Assembly: GCF_009914755.1 (NCBI RefSeq)
Contig: NC_060933.1
Strand: one strand, 5' to 3'
Length of the DNA: 64,000 bases
Origin: the human T2T-CHM13v2.0 reference genome, Homo sapiens
A model generated the notes under the pieces. It made no database searches. It was not told where the DNA came from and saw only the letters and a list, made by a program, of their open reading frames with translations. Below are positions 40,945-52,335 of this stretch, piece after piece. Numbering within the stretch: the first letter of the stretch is position 1; each line of letters opens with the position of its first letter. Made by a program: the position numbers and the translations under genes.

Positions 40945-43900
40945 AATCAACCCGAGTGCAGGGGAATGTAATGGAACGGAATGCAATGGAAAGGAATCAT
41001 CCGGAATGGAATGGAATGGAATGGAATGGAATCAACCCGAGTGCAATGGAATGGAGTGGAATGGAATGGAACGGAATGGAACAACCCGAATGGAATGGAA
41101 TGTAATGGAGAGTAAGGGAGTTGAAAAGAATCAATCCGAATGTAATGGAATGGAATGGAACGGAAAGGAATGGAATGGAATGGAATGGAATGGAATGCAA
41201 TGGAATGGAATCAACCCGGGTACAATGGAATGGAATGGAATGGAATGGAATGTAATGGAACGGAATGGAATGGAATGGAATGCAATGGAATGGAATCTTC
41301 CGGAATGGAAAGGAATGGAATGGAATGGAATGGAATGGAATGCAATGGATTCAACTCGATTGCAATGGAATGGAATAGAATGGAATGGAATGGAATGGAA
41401 TGGAATTAAACAGAATAGAATGGAATGGAATGGAATGGAACGGAACGGAACGGAACTGAACGGAACGGAACGGAGTGGAATGGAATGGAATGGAATTGTA
41501 TGGAATGGAATGGAATGGTACGGAATAGAATGGAATGGAAAGAATTGGAATGGAATGGAATCGAATGGAATGGAATGGAATGGAATGCAATCAACCCGAG
41601 TGCAGGGGAATGTAATGGAACGGAATGCAATGGAATGGAATCATCCGGAATGGAATGGAATGGAATGGAATGGAATGGAATGGAATGGAATGGAATGGAA
41701 TCAACCCGAGTGCAATGGAATGGAGTGGAATGGAATGGAATGGAATGGAACAACCCGAATGGAATGGAATGTAATGGAGAGTAAGGGAGTTGAAAAGAAT
41801 CAATCCGAATGTAATGGAATGGAACGGAATGGAATGGAATGGAATGGAATGCAATGGAATGGAATCAACCCGAGTACAATGGAACGGAATGGAATGGAAT
41901 GGAATGGAATGGAATGGAATGGAATGGAATCAACCCGAGTGCAATGGAATGGAGAGGAATGGAATGGAATGGAATGGAAACTGCCCGAATGGAATGGAAT
42001 GTAATGGAGTGTAAGGGAATTGAATAGAATCAATCCGAATGGAAGGGAATGGAATGGAACGGAATGTAATGGAATGGAATGGAATGGAATCAACCCGAGT
42101 GCAGGGGAATGGAAGGGAATGGAATGCAATGGAAGGGAATCATCCAGAATGGAATGGAATGGAATGCAATGGAATGTAATCAACCTGAGTACAATGGAAT
42201 GGAATGGAACGGAATGGAATGGAATGGAATGGAATGGAATGGAATGCCTTCAAACCTAATGGAATGGAAAGGAATGCAATCAACACGAGTGGAATGGAAG
42301 GGAATGGAATGGAATGGAATGGAATGGAATGGAATGGAATGATACGGAATAGAATGGAATGGAACGAAGTGGAATGGAATGGAATGGGATGGAATGGAAT
42401 GGAATGGAATGGAATCGTTCCGAGTGGAATAGGAGGGAATGTATTCGAGTGGAATGGAAAGGAATGGAATCAGCAGAGTGGAATTTAAGGGAATGGAATG
42501 GAATGGAAACTAATAGAATGGAATCAACAAGAGTGGAATGGAATGGAAAGGACTGGAATGGAATGGAATGGAATGGAATGGAATCAACTCGATTGTAATG
42601 GAATGGAATGGAATGGAATGGAATGGAATTAACCCGAATACAATGGAATGGAATGGAATGGAACGGAATGGAGTGGAATGGAATGGAATCAACCCGAGTG
42701 CAGGGGAACGGAATGGAATGGAATGCAATGGAATGGAATCATCCGGAATGGAATGGAATGGAATGGAATGCAAAGCAATGGAATCAACTCGATTGCAATG
42801 GAATGGAATGGAATGGAAAGGAATACATTGGAATCAACCCGAGTGGAATGGAATGGTAAGGACTGGAATGGAGTGGAATGGAATGGAATGGAATGGAATA
42901 GAATCAACTCGAGTGGAATGGAATGGAATGGAATGGAATTAACCCGAATAGAATGGAATGGAATGGAATGGAACGGAACGGAACGGAACGGAATGAAATG
43001 GAATGGAATAGAATGGAATGGAATGGAATCCAATGGAATGGAATCAACCCGACTGCAGGGGAATGGAATGGAATGGAAAGCAATGGAATGGATTCAACTT
43101 GAATGGAATGGAAAGAATGGAATCAACACGAGTGGAATGGCATGGGTTGGAATGGAATGGAATGGAATCAACCCGAGTACAGGGGAAAGGAATGGAATGG
43201 AATGCAATGGAATGGAATCATCCGGAATGGAATGGAAAGGAATGGAATGGAATGGAATGGAAAGGAATGGAATGGCATGGAATCAACTCGATTGCAATGG
43301 AATGGAATGGAATGGAATTAACCCGAATAGAAAGGAATGGAATGGAATGGAACGGAACGGAATGGAATGGAATGGAATGGAATGGAATGGAACGGAAAGG
43401 AATGGAATGGAATGGAATGGAATGGAATGGAATGGAATGGAATGGAATCAACGTGAGTGCAGGGGAATGGAATGGAATGGAATGCAATGGAATGGAATCT
43501 TCCGGAATGGAATGGAATGGAATGGAATGGAATTGAATGGAATCAACCCGAGTGCAATGGAATGGTGTGGAATGGAATGGAATGGAATGGAACAACCCGA
43601 ATGGAATCGAATGTAATGGAGAGTAAGGGAGTTGAATAGAATCAATCCGAATGTAATGGAATGGAATGGAACGGAATGGAATTGAATGGTATGGAATGGA
43701 ATGCAATGGAATGGAATCAACCCGAGTGCAATGGAATGGAGAGGAATGGAATGGAATGGAATGGAAACTACCCGAATGGAATGGAATATAATGGAGTGTA
43801 AGGGAATTGAATAGAATCAATCCGAATGTAATGGAATGGAATGGAACGGAATGGAATGGAATGGAATGGAATGGAATCGAATGGAATGCAGTGGAATGGA

Positions 43901-46900
43901 ATCAACCCGAGTGCAATCGAATGGAATCGAATGGAATGGAATGCAATGGAATGGATTCAACTTGAATGGAATGGAAACAATGGAATCTATACGAGTGGAA
44001 TGGCATGGATTGGAATGGAATGGAATGGAATCAACCCGAGTACAGGGGAATGGAATGGAATGGAATGCAATGGAATGGAATCATCCGTAATGTAATGGAA
44101 AGGAATGGAATGGAATGGAATGGAATGGAATGGAATGGAATGGAATGGAATGGAATCAACTCGATTGCAATCGAATGGAATGGAATGGAATTAACCCAAA
44201 TAGAATGGAATGGAATGGAATGGAACGGAACGGAATGGAATGGAATGGAATGGAATGGAATAGAATGGAATGGAACGGAACGGAATGGAATGGAATGGAA
44301 TGGAATGGAATGGAATGGAATCAACGCGAGTGCAGGGGAATGTAATGGAACGGAATGCAGTGGAATGGAATCATCCGGAATGGAATGGAATGGAATGGAA
44401 TGGAATGGAATGGAATCAACCCGAGTGCAATGGAATGGAGTGGAATGGAATGGAATGGAATGGAACAACCCGAATGGAATGGAATGTAATGGAGAGTAAG
44501 GGAGTTGAATAGAATCAATCCGAATGTAATGGAATGGAATGCAATGGATTGGAATGGAATAGAATGGAATGGAATGCAATGAAATGGAATCAACCCGAGT
44601 ACAATGGAATGGAATGGAATGGAATGGAATGGAATGCAATGGAAAGCCTTCAAACCGAATGGAATGGAAAGGAATGGAATCAACACGAGTGGAATGGAAT
44701 GGAATGGAATGGAATGGAATGGAATGGAATGGAATGGAATGATACGGAATAGAATGGAATGGAACGAAATGGAATGGAATGGAATGGAATGGAATGGAAT
44801 GGAATGGAATCGTTCCGACTGGAATAGGAGGGAATGTATTCGAGTGGAATGGAAAGGAATGGAATCAACCAGAGTGGAATGGAAGGGAATGGAATGGAAT
44901 GGAAACTAATAGAATGGAATCAACCCGAGTGGAATGGAATGGAAAGGACTGGAATGGAATGGAATTGAATGGAATGGAATGGAATGGAATCAACTCGATT
45001 GTAATGGAATGGAATGGAATGGAATGGAATGGAATGGAATTAACCCGAATACAATGGAATGGAATGGAATGCAAAGGAATGGAGTGGAATGGAATGGAAT
45101 CAACCCGAGTGCAGGGGAATGCAATGGAATGGAATGCAATGGAATGGAGTCATCCGGAATGGAATGGAATGGAATGGAATGCAAAGCAATGGAATCAACT
45201 CGATTGCAATGGAATGGAATGGAATGGAAAGGAATACATTGGAATCAACCCGAGTGGAATGGAATGGAAAGGACTGGAATGGAATGGAATGGAATGGAAT
45301 GGAATGGAATCAACTCGATTGGAATGGAATGGAATGGAATGGAATGGAATGGAATGGAATGGAATTAACCCGAATAGAATGGAATGGAATGGAATGGAAC
45401 GGAACGGAACGGAATGGAATGGAATGGAATGGAATGGAATGGAATGGAATCAACCCGACTGCAGGGGAATGGAATGGAATGGAATGCAATGGAATCAACC
45501 CGAGTACAGGGGAATGGAATGGAATGGAATGCAATGGAATACAATCATCCGTAATGGAATGGAAAGGAATGGAATGGAATGGAATGGAATGGAATGGAAT
45601 GGAATGGAATGGAATCAACTCGATTGCAATCGAATGGAATGGAATGGAATTAACGCGAATAGAATGGAATGGAATGGAATGGAACGGAACGGAATGGAAT
45701 GGAATGGAATGGAATGGAACGGAAAGGAATGGAATGGAATGGAATGGAATGGAATGGAATGGAATTAACCCGAATAGAATGGAATGGAATGGAATGGAAC
45801 GGAACGGAACGGAATGGAATGGAATGGAATGGAATGGAATGGAATGGAATGGAATCAACCCGACTGCAGGGGAATGGAATGGAATGGAATGCAATGGAAT
45901 CAACCCGAGTACAGGGGAATGGAATGGAATGGAATGCAATGGAATAGAATCATCCGTAATGGAATGGAAAGGAATGGAATGGAATGGAATGGAATGGAAT
46001 GGAATGGAATGGAATCAACTCGATTGCAATCGAATGGAATGGAATGGAATTAACGCGAATAGAATGGAATGGAATGGAATGGAACGGAACGGAATGGAAT
46101 GGAATGGAATGGAATGGAAAGTAATGGAATGGAAAGGAATGGAATGGAATCAACGCGAGTGCAGGGGAATGGAATGGAATCGAATGTAATGGAATGGAAT
46201 GTAATGGAATCAACCCGAGAGCAGGGGAATGTAATGGAACGGAATGCAACGGAATGGAATCATCCGGAATGGAATGGAATGGAATCGAATGCAAAGCAAT
46301 GGAATCAACTCGATTGCAATGGAATGGAATGGAATGGAAAGGAATAGAATGGAATCAACCCGAGTGTAATGGAATGGAAAGGACTGGAATGGAGTGGAAT
46401 GGAATGGAATGGAATGGAATGGAATGGAATGGAATGGAATGGAATGGAATGGAATCAACTCGATTGGAATGGAATGGAATGGAATGGAATGGAATGGAAT
46501 GGAATGGAATTCACCCGTATAGAATGGAATGGAATGGAATGGAACGGAATGGAATGGAATGGAATGGAATGGAATGGAATGGAATGGAATGGAATGGAAT
46601 CAAACCGACTGCAGGGGAATGGAATGGAATGGAATGCAATGGAATGGAATCATCCGGAACGGAATGGAATGGAATGGAATGGAATCAACTCGATTGCAAT
46701 GGAATGGAAGGGAATGGAATGGAATCGAATGTAATGGAATGGAATTAACCAGAATAGAATGGAATGGAATGGAATGGAACGGAATGGAATTGAATGGAAT
46801 GGAATGGAATGGAATGGAATCAACCCGAGTGCAGGGGAATGGAATGGAATGGAATGCAATGGAATGGAATCATCCGGAATGGAATGGAATGGAATGGAAT

Positions 46901-49900
46901 GCCATCAACCTGATGCAATGGAATGCAGTGGAATGGAATGGAATGGAATGGAAACATCCCGAATGGAAGGGAATGTAATGGAGTGTAAGGGAATTGAATA
47001 GAATCAATCCGAATGTAATGGAATGGAATGGAATGAAATGGAATGGAATGGAATGGAATGGAATCAACCCGAGTGCAATGGAATGGATTCGAATGGAATG
47101 GAATGGAATGGAATGGATTCAACAAGAATGGAATGGAAAGGAATGGAATCAACCCGAGTGTAATGGCATGGAATGGAACGGAATGGAATGGGATGGAATG
47201 GAATGGTACGGAATAGAATGGAATGGAATGAAATGGAATGGAATGGAATGGAATGGAATGGAATGGAATGAACCCGTGTGCAATGGAATGGAATGGAATG
47301 GAATGGATTCAACTCGAATGGAATCAACTCGATTGCAATGGAATGGAATGGAATGGAAAGGAATAGAATGGAATCAACCCGAGTGGAATGGAATGGAAAG
47401 GACTGGAATGGAGTGGAATGCAATGGAATGGAATTAACCCGAATAGAATGAAATGGAACGGAATGGAACGGAATGTAATGCAATGGAATCGAATGGAATC
47501 AACCCGAGTGCAGGGGAATGGAATGGAATGGAATGCAATGCAATGGAATCATCCGGAATGGAATGGAATGGAATGGAATGGAATGGAATGGAATGGAATG
47601 GAATCAACTCGATTTCAATGGAATGGAATGGAATAGAATGGAATGGAATTAACACGAATAGAATGGAATGGAATGGAATGGAATGGAACAGAAAGGAATG
47701 GAATGGAATGGAATGGAATCAACCCAAGTGCAGGGGAATGGAATGGAATGGAATTCAATGGAATGGAATCATCCGGAATGGAATGGAATGGAATGGAATG
47801 GAATGGAATGGAATGGAATCAACCCGAGTGCAATGGAATGGAGAGGAATGGAATGGAATGGAATGGAAACTACCCGAATGGAATCGAATGTAATGGAGTG
47901 TAAGGGAATTGAATAGAATGAATCCGAATGGAATGCAATGGAATGGAAAGGAATGGAATGGAATGGAATGGAATGCAATGCCATGGAATCAACCCGAGTG
48001 CAATCGAATGGAATCGAATGGAATGGAATGCAATGGAATGGATTCAACTTGAATGGAATGGAAAGAATGGAATCAACACGAGTGGAATGGCATGGATTGG
48101 AATGGAATGGAATGGAATCAACCCGAGTACAGGGGAATGGAATGGAATGGAATGAAATGGAATGGAATCATACGTAATGTAATGGAAAGGAATGGAATGG
48201 AATGGAATGGAATGGAATGGAATGGAATGGAATGGAATGGAATCAACTCGATTGCAATCGAATGGAATGGAATGGAATTAACCCGCATAGAATGGAATGG
48301 AATGGAATGGAATGGAACGGAACGGAACGGAATGGAATGGAATGGAATGGAATGGAATGGAATGGAATGGAACGGATCGGAATGGAATGGAATGGAATGG
48401 AATGGAATCAACACGAGTGCAGGGGAATGGAATGGAATGGAATGCAATGCAATGGAATCTTCCGGAATGGAATGGAATGGAATGCAATGGATTCAACTCG
48501 ATTGCAATGGAATGGAATAGAATGGAATGGAATGGAATGGAATGGAATTAACCCGAATAGAATGGAATGGAAGGGAATGGAACGGAACGGAACGGAACGG
48601 AACGGAACGGAACGGAATGGAATGGAATGGAATGGAATTGTATGGAATGGAATGGAATGGTACGGAATAGAATGGAATGGAAAGAATTGGAATGGAATGG
48701 AATCGAATGGAATGGAATGGAATGGAATGGAATCAACCCGAGTGCAGGGGAATGTAATGGAACGGAATGTAATGGAATGGAATCATCCGGAATGGAATGG
48801 AATGGAATGGAATGGAATAGAATGGAATGGAATGGAATCACCCCGAGTGTAATGCAATGGAGTGGAATGGAATGGAATGGAATGGAACAACCCGAATGGA
48901 ATGGAATGTAATGGAGAGTAAGGGAGTTGAATAGAATCAATCCGAATGTGATGGAATGGAATGGAACGGAATGGAATTGAATGGAATGGAATGGAATGCA
49001 ATGGAGTGGAATCAACCCGAGTGCAATGGAATGGAGAGGAATGGAATGGAATGGAATGGAAACTACCCGAATGGAATGGAATGTAATGGAGTGTAAGGGA
49101 ATTGAATAGTATCAATCCGAATGGAATGGAATGGAATGGAACGGAATGGAATGGAATGGAATGGAATGGAATGGAATGGAATCGTTCGGAATGGAATAGG
49201 AGGGAATGTATTCGAGTGGAATGGAAAGGAATGGAATCAACCAGAGTGGAATGGAAGGGAATGGAATGGAATGGAAACTAATAGATTGGAATCAACCCGA
49301 GTGGAATGGAATGGAAAGGACTGGAATGGAATGGAATGGAATGGAATGGAATGGAATCAACTCGATTGTAATGGAATGGAATGGAATGGAATTAACCCGA
49401 ATACAATGGAATGGAATGGAATGGAATGGAATGGAACGGAATGGAGTGGAATGGAATGGATTCAACCCGAGTGCAGGGGAATGGAATGGAATGGAATGCA
49501 ATGGAATGGAATCATCCGGAATGGAATGGAATGGAATGGAATGCAAAGCAATGGAATCAACTCGATTGCAATGGAAAGAGATGGAATGGAAAGGAATAGA
49601 ATGGAATCAACCTGATTGGACTGGAATGGAAAGGACTGGAATGGAGTGGAATGGAATGGAATGGAATGGAATGGAATGCAATGGAATGGTATGGAATGGA
49701 ATGGAATGGTACGGAATAGAATGGAATGGAAGGAATTGTAATGGAATGGAATTCAATGGAATGGAATGGAATGGAATGGAATCAACGCGAGTGCAGGGGA
49801 ATGTAATAGAACGGAATGCAGTGGAATGGAATCATCCGGAATGGAATGGAATGGAATGGAATAGAATGGAATCAACCCGAGTGCAATGGAATGCAGTGGA

Positions 49901-52335
49901 ATGGAATGGAATGGAATGGAACAACCCGAATGGAATGGAATGTAATGGAGAGTAAGGGAGTTGAATAGAATCAATCAGAATGTAATGGAATGGAATGCAA
50001 CGGAATGGAATGGAATGGAGTATAATGGAATGCAATGGAATGGAATCAACCCGAGTACAATGGAATGGAATGGAATGGAATCGAATGGAATGGAATGCCT
50101 TCAACCCGAATGGAATGGAAAGGAATGGAATCAACACGAGTGGAATGGAATGGAATGGAATGGAATGGAATGGAATGGAATGGAATGGAATGATACGGAA
50201 TAGGATGGAATGGAACGAAATGGAATGGAATGGAATGGAATGGAATGGAATGGAATGGAATGGAATTGAATGGAATGGAATGGAATGGAATCGTTCCGAG
50301 TGGAATAGGAGGGAATGTATTCGAGTGGAATGGAAAGGAATGGAATCAACCAGAGTGGAATGGAAGGGAATGGAATGGAATGGAAACTAATAGAATGGAA
50401 TCAACCCTAGTGGAATGCAATGGAAAGGACTGGAATGGAAAGGAATGGAATGGAATGGAATGGAATGGAATGGAATGGAATGGAATGGAATCAACGCGAG
50501 TGCAGGAGAATGGAATGGAATCGAATGGAATGGAATGGAATGGAATCAACCCGAGTGCAGGGGAATGTAATGGAACGGAATGCAATGGAAAGGAATCATC
50601 CGGAATGGAATGGAATGGAATGGAATGGAATCAACCCGAGTGCAATGGAATGGAGTGGAATGGAATGGAATGGAATGGAACAACCCGAATGGAATGGAAT
50701 GTAATGGAGAGTAAGGGAGTTGAAAAGAATCAATCCGAATGTAATGGAATGGAATGGAACGGAATGGAATGGAATGGAATGGAATGGAATGGAATGGAAT
50801 GGAATGGAATGCAATGGAATGGAATCAAACCGAGTACAATAGAATGGAATGGAATGGAATGGAATGGAACGGAATGGAATGGAATGGAATGCAATGGAAT
50901 GGAATCTTCCGGAATGGAAAGGAATGGAATGGAATGGAATGGAATGGAATGCAATGGATTCAACTCGATTGCAATGGAATGGAATAGAATGGAATGGAAT
51001 GGAATGGAATGGAATGGAATTAAACCGAATAGAATGGAATGGAATGGAATGGAAAGGAACGGAACTGAACGGAACGGAACGGAGTGGAATGGAATGGAAT
51101 GGAATTGTATGGAATGGAATGGAATGGTACGGAATAGAATGGAATGGAATGAATTGGAATGGAATGGAATCGAATGGAATGGAATGGAATGGAATGGAAT
51201 CAACCCGAGTGCAGGGGAATGTAATGGAACGGAATGCAATGGAATGGAATCATCCGGAATGGAATGGAATGGAATGGAATGGAATGGAATGGAATGGAAT
51301 CAACCCGAGTGCAATGGAATGGAGTGGAATGGAATGGAATGGAATGGAACAACCCGAATGGAATGGAATGTAATGGAGAGTAAGGGAGTTGAATAGAATC
51401 AATCCGAAAGTAATGGAATGGAATGGAATGGAATGGAATGGAATGGAATGGAATGGAATGGAATGCAATGGAATGGAATCAACCCGAGTACAATGGAACG
51501 GAATGGAATGGAATGGAATGGAATGGAATGGAATCAACCCAAGTGCAATGGAATGGAGAGGAATGGAATGGAATGGAATGGAAACTACCCGAATGGAATG
51601 GAATGTAATGGAGTGTAAGGGAATTGAATAGAATCAATCCGAATGGAATGGAATGGAATGGAACGGAATGTAATGGAATGGAATGGAATGGAATCAACCC
51701 GAGTGCAGGGGAATGGAAAGGAATGGAATGCAATGGAAGGGAATCATCCGGAATGGAATGGAATGGAATGCAATGGAATGGAATCAACCCGAGTACAATG
51801 GAATGGAATGGAATGGAATGGAATGGAATGGAATGGAATGCCTTCAAACCTAAAGGAATGGAAAGGAATGCCATCAAAACGAGTGGAATGGAATGGAATG
51901 GAATGGAATGGAATGGAATGGAATGATACGGAATAGAATGGAATGGAACGAAATGGAATGGAATGGAATGGAATGGAATGGAATGGAATGGAATGGAATC
52001 GTTCCGAGTGGAATAGGAGGGAATGTATTCGAGTGGAATGGAAAGGAATGGAATCAGCAGAGTGGAATGGAAGGGAATGGAATGGAATGGAAACTAATAG
52101 AATGGAATCAACCCGAGTGGAATGGAATGGAAAGGACTGGAATGGAATGGAATGGAATGGAATGGAATCAACTCGATTGTAATGGAATGGAATGGAATGG
52201 AATGGACTGGAATGGAATGGAATTAACCCGAATACAATGGAATGGAATGGAATGGAACGCAATGGAGTGGAATGCAATGGAATCAACCCGAGTGCAGGGG
52301 AACGGAATGGAATGGAATGCAATGGAATGGAATCT
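40945..52335 (-). repeat. Dispersed direct duplication of about 1.8 kb: 40945-42740 vs 50545-52335 (offset about 9.6 kb)
   Basis: Shared private variants: gcaatggaaaggaatcatccgg about 40983/50582, ggaactgaacgg about 41452/51061, ccttcaaaccta about 42247/51841, atcagcagag about 42469/52053, gcaggggaacgg about 42700/52295. Confidence 0.8.
45363..46110 (-). repeat. Local tandem duplication, about 400 bp period
   Basis: aattaacccgaatag 45363/45763, caacccgact 45451/45856, ttaacgcgaat 45650/46050. Confidence 0.8.

Larger units (their letters stand above)
24000..40958. repeat. Inner HSat3 variant domain (distinct subfamily-like block) spanning the inversion
   Basis: Motifs largely confined here: CATGCCATTCCACTCGGG, GCACACGGGTTCA, CTGTTCAGGTTAA, ACTAGGTTTG, ACTCAGATTG, GGGTTGATCCC, CCGTATGA, TTTGGGTTGAATC and their reverse complements. 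The left edge is fuzzy (about 23,900-24,190). The right edge is sharp, inside CAACCCGAGTG at about 40,948-40,958. Confidence 0.8.
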
